From contig JADJQF010000015.1 in the NCBI GenBank assembly GCA_016712885.1, forward strand, positions 1-40,000: a stretch of 40,000 bases of DNA. The letters are read 5' to 3'. Numbering within the stretch: the first letter of the stretch is position 1; every line of letters begins with the position of its first letter. Of the stretch, positions 18,506 through 26,867 are shown in pieces. The DNA comes from Candidatus Flexicrinis proximus (GTDB lineage Bacteria; Chloroflexota; Anaerolineae; Aggregatilineales; Phototrophicaceae). Below the pieces are notes generated by a model. It saw only the letters and a list, made by a program, of their open reading frames with translations, ran no database searches and was not told the origin of the DNA. Made by a program: the position numbers and the translations under genes.

Positions 18506-18634
18506 CGTCAGTTATGGTTTACTTTCCGGGAGCCTGCCCCGGACCCCGGCAGAAGAGGGGTCAAGGGGTGCAAACCCCTTGCGAAGGTTTGGAGGCAGCG
18601 CCTCCAAAAACAGGCGGCTTATCCATAACTGACG
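18506..18634 (+). repeat. structured intergenic element, copy B (core 18556-18606)
   Basis: Bounded by perfect 12-bp inverted repeats CGTCAGTTATGG (18506-18517) and CCATAACTGACG (18623-18634). Contains hairpins AAGGGG-TGCAAA-CCCCTT and TTTGGAGGC-AGC-GCCTCCAAA. Confidence 0.75.
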
Positions 18635-19078
18635 CTACTTAGGCCGGATTCCGCTGCGATACGCAATCGTCACCGCATCGTAATCGCTGTCGCTGATTTG
18701 AAAATGCCCGCGCATCTTATGCAGCATGTCACGCTCGGCCGGCACAACTCGCAGGTCTGCGGTCGAAATCTTCATCGCAAAATACAGCGCCATCATCCGC
18801 GCCGCGCGCGATGGCAGCGCGGCGGCAATCGCATCCAGCCTCCGTCCCAGTCGTTCGGTTTCCAGTCGCTCTTTGAACATCTCGAAACGCGCCCTCAGGT
18901 CCGCAGGGCCATAGGAAGGAATGTGATGCCGCTGAAGTTCTTCGCCTATCAACGTAAAGACCTCGACCTCGCGTGGGTCGTTGCTCCCATCGCAGGTCAT
19001 CATGATGACCATCGTTTCGAGGTACGCATCCAGTTCGGGCCATTCCCGGCCGGACATTTCTTTCAGGAAGTCGGACAT
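18635..19078 (-). CDS. TerB-like domain protein (degenerate motifs)
   Basis: 147 aa, all-helical. Paralog of the upstream gene (YLETMVIMMTCDG vs YIETMMLFAVADG). The ADG motifs are degenerate (CDG, TADL). SD GGAGG lies 6 nt upstream. Confidence 0.6.
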   Translation of the reverse strand: MSDFLKEMSGREWPELDAYLETMVIMMTCDGSNDPREVEVFTLIGEELQRHHIPSYGPADLRARFEMFKERLETERLGRRLDAIAAALPSRAARMMALYFAMKISTADLRVVPAERDMLHKMRGHFQISDSDYDAVTIAYRSGIRPK

Positions 19079-19094
19079 CTGCGACCTCCTCGGC

Positions 19095-19526
19095 TCAGCC
19101 GAACGCCTTGATCGCCGAGCGCACTTGGTCGTCGGTTAGCTCGAATGCCCGCTGCAGGAGCGTAAAACCCGCCCGCTCGCCGGTCTGGATCACGCCATCA
19201 GCCGTCGCGACCGCCACAGCCATGCCCAGGGCGTACATCCGCTGCTCGGTCTGCTTCAGAACGCCTGCAATCGACTGAAGTCGCGCATGGGGGCCATCGG
19301 CATAAATCGCGTTGGCGCGTTCAAAGCACAAGTCCATCAGCTGCTGCCGTTTCATGTCTTTCAGCGCCGGATGGCTCTCCAGATAGCCGACCACCGCCAT
19401 CTGGATCATATTCAGTTCGCTGTTCTTGACCGTACCATCGGCTACGGCGAACAGCATCATCGTCTCGATATAGGCGTTAAGTTCCTCGTCGCTGAATGGG
19501 CCGGCCGGAGGGGTGTAAGGGTTCAT
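19095..19526 (-). CDS. TerB-like domain protein
   Basis: Two ADG..E motifs (AVADGTVKNSEL, ATADGVIQTGER) typical of the TerB/DjlA-N fold. The ORF opens at 19532, but SD AGGAG abuts that ATG and sits 6 nt before the ATG at 19526, so 19526 is preferred. Confidence 0.65.
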   Translation of the reverse strand: MNPYTPPAGPFSDEELNAYIETMMLFAVADGTVKNSELNMIQMAVVGYLESHPALKDMKRQQLMDLCFERANAIYADGPHARLQSIAGVLKQTEQRMYALGMAVAVATADGVIQTGERAGFTLLQRAFELTDDQVRSAIKAFG

Positions 19527-19538
19527 TGACATCTCCTG

Positions 19539-20444
19539 TTAAATGATGCGCTGACCGAATAAGCTTGAAAGGAGTTCGACGGCAAGGTTCGCCGTCTTAT
19601 TGGCTTCGTCGAGGACCGGGTTGACTTCGACCACGTCGACCGTGCGGACTTTGCCGCTGTCCGCCAGGATTTCCATTAGCAGGTGCGCCTCCCGATACGT
19701 CAGGCCGCCGGGGACGGGCGTGCCGACTCCCGGTGCAAAGGTTGGATCGCACGAATCCAGATCGAGGCTGATATGCAGTGTATCGTAGTCTGAGTACAGT
19801 TTGAGGATTTCCTGCGCGGTGCGGTACATCCCCAGCTCATCGATGTCCCGCATCGTATACGTCTGTATTCCGCTTTGTGCCAGCCGCTGGCGCTCTGCCG
19901 TATCCAGGTTGCGGATCCCGATCATCGCCACGTCGGAAGGCTGCAGCACCGGCGATTCTCCGCCGATTTCGGTTAGCGCCGACGGGCCGTCGCCGATCAG
20001 CGCCGCGACGCTCATTCCGTGGATGTTGCCGGACGGCGAGGTGCGCGGCGTGTTCATATCTGCATGGGCGTCGACCCACAGCACGCCGACTTTGCGGCTG
20101 CGCGCCACCGCCGCCACCGTGCCGATGCTGATCGTATGGTCGCCACCCAGAAAGACGGCGCGTTCGTCGGGGGTCCACGTCTGTGTGATCAGCGTATAAG
20201 CGTTCTGGCACACCTGCGCCACCTGCGGAAGATACTGCGCGTTGACCAGCGGATCGTAATGTTCTGGCGCCTCCTCTGCCTGTGGCACGTTCACGTTGCC
20301 GCAGTCAATCGGAAGGTAGCCAAGTTTCCTCAGCCGGTCGCTCAATCCGGCGTAACGGAGCGCGCTCGGCCCCATATCGACGCCGCGGCGGCTCTGACCG
20401 AGGTCCATCGGTATGCCGTAGATTCGTACCGTTTGCTGGCTCAT
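19539..20444 (-). CDS. rocF: arginase
   Basis: Start set at ATG 20444 ([33 protein letters not shown]). Mn-ligand motifs [15 protein letters not shown] and SLDLDSCDP. Confidence 0.9.
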   Translation of the reverse strand: MSQQTVRIYGIPMDLGQSRRGVDMGPSALRYAGLSDRLRKLGYLPIDCGNVNVPQAEEAPEHYDPLVNAQYLPQVAQVCQNAYTLITQTWTPDERAVFLGGDHTISIGTVAAVARSRKVGVLWVDAHADMNTPRTSPSGNIHGMSVAALIGDGPSALTEIGGESPVLQPSDVAMIGIRNLDTAERQRLAQSGIQTYTMRDIDELGMYRTAQEILKLYSDYDTLHISLDLDSCDPTFAPGVGTPVPGGLTYREAHLLMEILADSGKVRTVDVVEVNPVLDEANKTANLAVELLSSLFGQRII

Positions 20445-20634
20445 GTTCGTTGTCCAAAGCAGGTTTAGAGTGGTGCGCTGGCGCAGATTCTGACACAAGA
20501 AGGGGAATGTCGAAAGGGGCTAACAGTCCGAATTGCGCCGATCTTGGACGGCCGCCGCAAAACAGGACCCATGGGGGGGACGCGCGGAATCCACAAATCG
20601 TCGTACAATTTCCGTGTAAACAAGGAGTTGCGCC

Positions 20635-21414
20635 GTGTCGCTAAAACGAATGAGCCTGATTCTGTTAGTTCTCGCGCTGCTGGTGCCTGCCGGTGTCGGG
20701 GCGCAGGATGATCCAACGACTGAAAGTGTTGTGGCGCTGGTCCTCGCCATACCTGAAATCTCCGGCGGCCTCGATCGCCTTACCGACTATGAGACCCTCG
20801 CCTACAATTCGAACAATACCTACGGCATCTGGCAGGTAGAGTTCCGTGACCTCGAAGGGAACCAGGTTGCCTGGGCGCAGGTTCAGCCATCCACCGGCCG
20901 CGTATACGCTTGGGAAACCTACTTCGCGGCGGCGGATGCCTCCTACGAGGTGATTCTGCCCGTGTTTCAGGAGTTTGTCGCCAATCATCCTGATGTTCGC
21001 GCCCTGATCCGCGGCATCGACCAGGACGAGATTTACCCCTGGTGGGATGGCAACACTCAGGCGTGGATGACCTGGATCGGTGATGCCGGTGACGCAATCA
21101 TGGTCGCCGTGCAGTTCGACGGCGGCAGTGAGGACTCGACCGAAAATCCCGTCCTGACCGATATTTGGTTCCCAAATCTCCCCAGTTACGAGGAGTGGTG
21201 GGTAGCATCGTCGTCGCAGGCAGTTGCCGTGGCTTTCCAGCAGGTGGACATCGCAATCGCCCTCCGTGGCAAGACCTGGACCACCGAAAGCGAACTCATC
21301 GACCAGAGCGATACCAACCTCTGGACGGTGCGCTTCCTGTCCGATGGCACACTGGTCGCCAGCGCCACCGTCAACGTCTTTGAGGGCGAGCTGATCGCCT
21401 ACGAAATCCCTTAG
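20635..21414 (+). CDS. secreted protein with PepSY-like repeats
   Basis: 259 aa. GTG start with AAGGAG 7 nt upstream and a signal peptide (VGAQDDP). Repeated segments (GIWQVEFRDLEGNQVAWAQV, LWTVRFLSDGTLVASATVNV) resemble PepSY modules. Confidence 0.55.
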   Translation: MSLKRMSLILLVLALLVPAGVGAQDDPTTESVVALVLAIPEISGGLDRLTDYETLAYNSNNTYGIWQVEFRDLEGNQVAWAQVQPSTGRVYAWETYFAAADASYEVILPVFQEFVANHPDVRALIRGIDQDEIYPWWDGNTQAWMTWIGDAGDAIMVAVQFDGGSEDSTENPVLTDIWFPNLPSYEEWWVASSSQAVAVAFQQVDIAIALRGKTWTTESELIDQSDTNLWTVRFLSDGTLVASATVNVFEGELIAYEIP

Positions 21415-21436
21415 CCGTTCTGCACTCCTGTACCTC

Positions 21437-21539
21437 CAGTTGCGACATGAACAGGCGCGGCTGTTCATGCCATAGAGAAGGGAGTCGAGAGGGGGACAAC
21501 CCTTTCGCGGAGGCGTGGAGGCGCTGCCTCCACCAACTG
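21437..21539 (+). repeat. structured intergenic element, copy C (diverged; core 21479-21532)
   Basis: Same order of parts as copies A and B. Closing CAGTTG/CAACTG, a 9-bp-stem hairpin CATGAACAG-GCGCGG-CTGTTCATG (21446-21469), H1 GAGAGGG-GGACAA-CCCTTTC, and H2 GTGGAGGC-GCT-GCCTCCAC. Confidence 0.6.
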
Positions 21540-21542
21540 TCT

Positions 21543-23081
21543 TTAGCCGCTCGCTCCGTCTCCCTTGATCCAGTTACGGACCTGCTGATAGACGCCGGTG
21601 ATCTTGTTGGCGACCTTTTCGGAGAAGCTGGTCTGCGCCGGACCGGACATATCGATCTGATAGGTATTGACCGAGTAAGCCGGCATATAGACTTCCAGAC
21701 TCTCGCCGTGCGGGGCGATGATCTGATTGGTCATGACATTGACCAGCGGATGCCTGCCGCAGTCGGTCAGGGTCACCTGTCCGCCCTGGGTTTCTGAGGT
21801 GATGTTGGCGATCACCAGCCGCACCTGGTCCTGCAGAGTCCAGGTATAGGCGATGATGCTGCCCGTCGTCGGAAGCTGCCGCCACATCCCTAGCGAGTAC
21901 TCCGGCTGGCGGACTTCGGCCAGCAGTTTGTCGTAGTAGGCCTTGATCGATGCGTCGGCCGGCTCATCCATCTCCCGTGTGATCTGCACCGGGAGCTTAA
22001 TGCGCCGTCCGGTCAGTTGTCCATCGTGCAGCAGCACCGCGCCTGGCAGCGTAAGCGTCACGGCAGCCGCCGCTTTGGCCTTAGCGGCCTGGTCGCTCTT
22101 AAACTCGACAACCGCCCGCGGCTCGTCGTGGTTCTCGATAAACCTCAGCGTCCGGCGCTGAAATCCCACGTCTGTACCCAGGTAGTTCTGCAGGTCCAGC
22201 ACCTTCTCGTCCCGCAGCAGGTCATACAGGTACTTGTCATAGGTAAAGTCGAATCCCTCTGCCTGCAATGCCCACTCCAGACCCCAGTAGGCCTCGGCAA
22301 TGAAGATAAACGTTGGATTGACCTGCTTCACCGCCGCGATGACCTCTGGCCAGAACTCCTGCGACGGCGTCTCGTTTCCCAGCAGCCAGCCCCACGTCCG
22401 CTGGAAGACCGGATTCATCATCAACATCGCCATATCGCAGCGTACGCCGTCGGTCTGTACGGCAATGTCGCGCAGCGTCGCGATCGCCGCCTGCCGCAGC
22501 GACGGACTGAACGCGTTGAGCTGCGCTGTATCGTTCCACGCCGGAAAATTCGGGTCGCGGCCATGCGCCGTGATCGTCGTCGTACCATCCGGCCGGACGG
22601 ATTGGAAGAAGTCCCCCGGCCGTGATTCGAGCAGCTCGGGCGTTCCCCGGACACACAACTCCGCGTCCCCGCCGACCCACGGGTGATCCAGCGCGACGTG
22701 GTTAGGCACAAAATCCACGATCAGCCTCAGCCCGCGCTTGATAAGCTGGGCGCGGAACGCCGCCATGCCGTCTCGTCCGCCGGCTTCCGCCGCCACCTCG
22801 TACTTGCCGATGGCGTAGGCCGAGCCGATCACGTCCGCGTCCGTCAGGTCAGGCAGCGCCGCCTTATACTCATGCTTATACTTCAACGCGCCCTCGCGCC
22901 CTGCCTTGCTGCGCGTCCAGACGCCCATCAGCCAGATCGCGCTGATCCTGAGCTTGGTCAGGTCTTCGACGACCACCTCCGGGACGTTGGCCAGCGTGAT
23001 CGGCTTTCCAAAGCGCCGGCTAAGGGTATTCAGCCACACCCGTGTATTGATCTCGTATATCAGGTACTTGCGACCGTTCAT
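21543..23081 (-). CDS. alpha-amylase family (GH13) glycoside hydrolase
   Basis: Start set at ATG 23081 (MNGRKYLIYEIN) with SD GGAGAG upstream. GH13 conserved regions DFVPNHVA, GVRCDMAM, FIAEAYW and FIENHDEPR. Confidence 0.85.
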   Translation of the reverse strand: MNGRKYLIYEINTRVWLNTLSRRFGKPITLANVPEVVVEDLTKLRISAIWLMGVWTRSKAGREGALKYKHEYKAALPDLTDADVIGSAYAIGKYEVAAEAGGRDGMAAFRAQLIKRGLRLIVDFVPNHVALDHPWVGGDAELCVRGTPELLESRPGDFFQSVRPDGTTTITAHGRDPNFPAWNDTAQLNAFSPSLRQAAIATLRDIAVQTDGVRCDMAMLMMNPVFQRTWGWLLGNETPSQEFWPEVIAAVKQVNPTFIFIAEAYWGLEWALQAEGFDFTYDKYLYDLLRDEKVLDLQNYLGTDVGFQRRTLRFIENHDEPRAVVEFKSDQAAKAKAAAAVTLTLPGAVLLHDGQLTGRRIKLPVQITREMDEPADASIKAYYDKLLAEVRQPEYSLGMWRQLPTTGSIIAYTWTLQDQVRLVIANITSETQGGQVTLTDCGRHPLVNVMTNQIIAPHGESLEVYMPAYSVNTYQIDMSGPAQTSFSEKVANKITGVYQQVRNWIKGDGASG

Positions 23082-23167
23082 AATCTCTCCAGTCAATATG
23101 ACACGAATTGTAACCGCATGCAGGACCCTGCCGTATGCCGTGTTCTCAGTTTTAATGTTTTAACGTC

Positions 23168-23197
23168 TTGCAACTTTAGAGTGAAACGCTGTATATT
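23168..23197 (+). promoter_or_regulatory. candidate sigma70-type promoter of the DtxR-like gene
   Basis: TTGCAA (23168-23173), 18 nt spacer, TATATT (23192-23197), in an AT-rich divergent intergenic region. The direct repeat GTTTTAA-T-GTTTTAA lies just upstream (23149-23163). Confidence 0.3.
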
Positions 23198-23235
23198 TAT
23201 CAAGAGTTTCGTCTTTATTGTCATGGCTTGGTAAT

Positions 23236-23919
23236 ATGACTATCACGTCCGCGATGCAGGATTATCTGGCCGAGGCCTACCGGCTTGGATACTACAATGG
23301 CGACGCGCAGCCGATCTCAACTTCAGCATTGGCCGACGTATTGGGCGTTAGTGCTCCAGCCGTCACGCGCATGGTGCAGCGCCTCAGGGACGCCGGCTAT
23401 CTCGATCACGAGCCGTACCGCGGCGTCATCCTGACCGATGCCGGTATTCGTGAGGCGCTTCGGAGCATCCGCCGCCACCGCCTCGTAGAGCGCTTCCTGA
23501 CCGATGTTATGGCCTTTGGCTGGCACGAAGTCCACGATGCAGCCGACGAGCTTGGCGCGGTCGTGAGCGACAGCCTCGTCGACCGAATGGATGTGATGGC
23601 CGGTCATCCGCGCCGCTGCCCGCACGGTGAGCCGATCCCGACAGTGGACGGCATCATGCCGCGCGTCGTCGACTCGCCGCTCACCGAAGCAGCCGTCAAC
23701 GTTCCGCTCGTCGTCAGCCGCGTAAACTCGCATGACGAGGAAAAACTGCGCTATCTCGACACCCTCGGCCTCAAAACCGGCGCCTCGTTTCAGGTCATCG
23801 AGCGTGCGCCGTTCAGCGGTCCGATCAAGCTGTCTATACAGGGTAAAGAGCATTTCATCGGCCACGAACTGGCCCGGACTCTGCGCGTTTGCGCTCCCCA
23901 CGAATTCGAATTGGCATGA
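23236..23919 (+). CDS. DtxR/MntR family transcriptional regulator with FeoA/SH3-like C-terminal domain
   Basis: MQDYLAEAY..., the HTH LADVLGVSAPAVTRMVQRL, and RRHRLVERFLTD align with DtxR. The stop overlaps the next start as ATGA (23916-23919). Confidence 0.85.
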   Translation: MTITSAMQDYLAEAYRLGYYNGDAQPISTSALADVLGVSAPAVTRMVQRLRDAGYLDHEPYRGVILTDAGIREALRSIRRHRLVERFLTDVMAFGWHEVHDAADELGAVVSDSLVDRMDVMAGHPRRCPHGEPIPTVDGIMPRVVDSPLTEAAVNVPLVVSRVNSHDEEKLRYLDTLGLKTGASFQVIERAPFSGPIKLSIQGKEHFIGHELARTLRVCAPHEFELA

Positions 23920-25865
23920 CTCCCCGGCGCGTCAAAGACATTGCGGCGCTTCTTCTCGTCCTGGCGGCTGCGGTATTTGTGCGCTTATACCGTCTCGATG
24001 CCGTGGAGTTCTTCCACGACGAAGCCATGGTCTCGATGATGGCCCAGGAGATGGCTGACGGCCAGACCTTTCCCCTTCAGGGTATCCTGTCGTCGGTCGG
24101 CATTCCCAATCCGCCCTCCAGCATCTATGTGATGGCCGTCCCCTTCGCCCTGACCAGCGATCCGGTGGTCGCCACTGGCTTTGTCGCTCTGCTCAACGTG
24201 CTAGGCGTCGGCCTGCTGTGGGGCATCGCCCGCAAGGAGTTCGGCTTCATCGCTGCGCTCGTTGCCGGGCTGGTGTTTGCGTTCAACCCGTGGGCCATTC
24301 TCTACAGCCGTAAGATCTGGGCGCAGGATTACGTCAACCCCTTCCTGCTGCTGGCGCTGACCGCCGCGCTCTGGGGCTACCGCGACGGCAAGCGCTGGGG
24401 GCAGCTTCTTGCACTTCCGCTTATGCTGTTTGCCATGCAGATCCATTTCGCCGCATGGGCGCTCGTGCCCCTGTTCACCTGGATCGCCTGGACTGGCCGG
24501 CGCGTCATCCATCGCTGGACGCTCCCCGTCAGCCTTGTCCTCGGCGCGCTCATTATACTGCCGTATGCCCTTGCGCTCGCCCAGACCCTACAGTCGGACC
24601 CAACCCGCATCTCCGATATGCTCAATCGTTCCGGCGTCACCCAGAAAGGCAGCCTCGACGCCCTGGCCGATGCGTTCAATCTGGCCGCCGGCCTCAATAT
24701 TGAGAGCTGGGTCGCGCCTGCAGTCGAGTCGTCTGTCTTTGGCCCTCCCTCCAGTCTCGCATCACTGGCATCGCTGCCTCTTCTGGCGCTGATGCTCGTT
24801 GGTGTGGTGGCGTTCGCGCGCCGTTCGCGCATCTGGTTCGTCGGTTTCGCACTCTGGATAGCGCTCCCGATCGCCGCCTTCCAGATCGGTCTCGCCGACA
24901 TCTGGCCGCACTACTTTGTGCCGCAGCTGCCGGCCTTCGCCCTGTTGGCAGGGTCGGGTGCCGCCGCGCTCACGGCCTGGCCCGTTTCCCTGCGCCGTCC
25001 GCTGGCGATTGTCGCAGGCTCGGGCATAGCGGCAGCACTTATCGTCCAGTTCGCCTACTATTCCGCCGTGATGAACTATGGCTATTCCCATAACATCGCG
25101 CTAGGCGCGGGGACCTCCGGCTATACCACGCCGTCGTCCATCCTCAATCAGGTCCGCGACGCCATACCTCCCACTATCAACAACGTGATTGTTCTGTCCG
25201 ATGGCGACCGCGTCTGGTTTGATGTCGAGGCGGCGCGCTGGCCGGTCATCCTTCGTGATCGGGCGGCCTGTGTCCGCACGCTTCCCTCTAGCGGGTTCAC
25301 AGTCATTCCGGATGGACCGTATGCGGTGCTCCGGACCCCGACCACTTCGGCGGCCATGAACGATGCCTACCCGGACGGCGGTGCCGTGGTCATTCCGGCG
25401 CGTCTTGGCGAACGCAGCTATAGTGTGACGCTCATCGAGCCGACACAGATGCTCCAGACCCCCATCGCACAGTTCTCGAACGGAGTCGCACTTATCGCCT
25501 GGTCGGTTGTGGGGGATAGCCTAACCCTCACATTCCGCCTGCCCGAAGCGCCGAGTCGCACCTTCTACGGCGCGCTCGACTTCGACTATCAGTATTTCGT
25601 CCATCTCCTGGACGCCGGCGGCAGCCGCATCGGACAGTCCGACGCGAGCTTCTGGCCCGGACGGCACTGGTGCGCCAACGACCAACTGACGCTCAGCCTT
25701 ATTATCGCCGGTTCATCGGACGCGGCTGTCCTTCGCTTCGGTTTCTACAAGCTGCTGGATGCGGAGTTGCCGTCGACTCAGGCGATCGATATCCTGGATG
25801 CAGCCGGAAACCCGGCCGGTAATTGGGTCGACTTGCCTATAGGCGCTGATCAGGGCGGAGATTAG
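23916..25865 (+). CDS. GT-C fold membrane glycosyltransferase (family 39 / ArnT-PMT-like) with C-terminal extracytoplasmic domain
   Basis: Start ATG 23916 (MTPRRVKDIAALLLVLAAAVFVRLYRLD). First-loop motif FFHDEAM, many TM helices, and a C-terminal domain with YFVHLLDAGGSRIGQSD, paralogous to 3391..5352. Confidence 0.75.
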   Translation: MTPRRVKDIAALLLVLAAAVFVRLYRLDAVEFFHDEAMVSMMAQEMADGQTFPLQGILSSVGIPNPPSSIYVMAVPFALTSDPVVATGFVALLNVLGVGLLWGIARKEFGFIAALVAGLVFAFNPWAILYSRKIWAQDYVNPFLLLALTAALWGYRDGKRWGQLLALPLMLFAMQIHFAAWALVPLFTWIAWTGRRVIHRWTLPVSLVLGALIILPYALALAQTLQSDPTRISDMLNRSGVTQKGSLDALADAFNLAAGLNIESWVAPAVESSVFGPPSSLASLASLPLLALMLVGVVAFARRSRIWFVGFALWIALPIAAFQIGLADIWPHYFVPQLPAFALLAGSGAAALTAWPVSLRRPLAIVAGSGIAAALIVQFAYYSAVMNYGYSHNIALGAGTSGYTTPSSILNQVRDAIPPTINNVIVLSDGDRVWFDVEAARWPVILRDRAACVRTLPSSGFTVIPDGPYAVLRTPTTSAAMNDAYPDGGAVVIPARLGERSYSVTLIEPTQMLQTPIAQFSNGVALIAWSVVGDSLTLTFRLPEAPSRTFYGALDFDYQYFVHLLDAGGSRIGQSDASFWPGRHWCANDQLTLSLIIAGSSDAAVLRFGFYKLLDAELPSTQAIDILDAAGNPAGNWVDLPIGADQGGD

Positions 25866-25894
25866 GGTCACCTGACCGTGTGGTCGTTCATGCG

Positions 25895-26317
25895 TCAGTT
25901 AGGATGACCGCCGATGGTATACATCAGGACGCCAAACGACGACAGAACGAAGCTGCCGATGATGCCCGCGATCTGAAATTGGCCGACCACCACGTCCCCG
26001 GCCAGCACGCCAGCGTGTGAGCCAAAGCCGAGGATATCAGCCAGCCCACAGATTGATGCGAACACGATGCCGGTCAGCGCCAAGCGGCTGCCGATCTGCT
26101 GCGTGAGGTTGCTCGGCGTCTTATGGAAGTACGTGAACTTGGCGTAAATCAGCGCGCCGAACGTCATCAGGCTCCAACCGGCCAGCAGTGCCATCAGCTG
26201 GACAAGGCCGACATTCGGCGTGGGGGCACGTCCGGTTACGCCAGGGAAGACCCCCATGACCAGAATGAGCAGTCCAAGCGCACCCAGTGCGATGCCGAAT
26301 TGTGCGATCCGTGCCAT
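25895..26317 (-). CDS. hypothetical integral membrane protein (about 4 TM)
   Basis: 140 aa composed of hydrophobic helices. No family recognised. Confidence 0.55.
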   Translation of the reverse strand: MARIAQFGIALGALGLLILVMGVFPGVTGRAPTPNVGLVQLMALLAGWSLMTFGALIYAKFTYFHKTPSNLTQQIGSRLALTGIVFASICGLADILGFGSHAGVLAGDVVVGQFQIAGIIGSFVLSSFGVLMYTIGGHPN

Positions 26318-26328
26318 GCCGAACGGCC

Positions 26329-26859
26329 TTAAAGCCCGTAGATGCGCGCCGCGCGCAAAATGCCGTTGATCGTCTTGCCATCGTCGATCTCGCCGGAAGT
26401 CACCAACCGGACGGCCTCGGCCAAGGGGACTCGCTCGACCTCGATAAACTCGTCTTCATCCATCGGCAAACGCGCCTCGACCAGGTGGGTCGCCAGATAC
26501 AGGAAGATACGCTCGGTCGTGTAGCCGGGAGCCACGTAGAACGCGCCAAGAGGTTCCATCTTGCCGGCGCTGTGCCCAATCTCTTCCTGCAGTTCGCGGT
26601 CGGCGCAAAGCGCGGGATCCTCGCCCGGTTTCAGCGTCCCCGCCGGGATTTCGAGCATGATCTTCCCCGCGGCCATCCGGAACTGGCGCACCATCAGTAC
26701 GTTGTTCTCGGTATCTAGCGGTACTATCGCCACGGCGCCGGGGTGTCGGACGATCTCGCGCATCGAGGTCATACCGTTGGGCAGCTCAACGTCAAGCACG
26801 TCCAGGTGAATCACGCGGCCATCGTAGATCCGCCGCGTGGCTGTCGTTTTCTCTTCCAT
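26329..26859 (-). CDS. NUDIX hydrolase (ADP-ribose pyrophosphatase-like)
   Basis: 176 aa with the Nudix box GTLKPGEDPALCADRELQEEIGH. Confidence 0.85.
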   Translation of the reverse strand: MEEKTTATRRIYDGRVIHLDVLDVELPNGMTSMREIVRHPGAVAIVPLDTENNVLMVRQFRMAAGKIMLEIPAGTLKPGEDPALCADRELQEEIGHSAGKMEPLGAFYVAPGYTTERIFLYLATHLVEARLPMDEDEFIEVERVPLAEAVRLVTSGEIDDGKTINGILRAARIYGL

Positions 26860-26867
26860 GCGGCCTC

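Noticed and set aside
18619-18627. DnaA-box-like TTATCCATA inside element copy B
   Set aside because: It is a single 8/9 match with no cluster of boxes and no nearby dnaA/dnaN or AT-rich unwinding element. It is most likely coincidental and part of the inverted-repeat arm.
20573-20579. G7 homopolymer in the arginase/PepSY divergent promoter region as a phase-variation tract
   Set aside because: The tract is short for slipped-strand switching in a GC-rich genome. It is not positioned in a recognisable -35/-10 spacer, and there is no supporting evidence.
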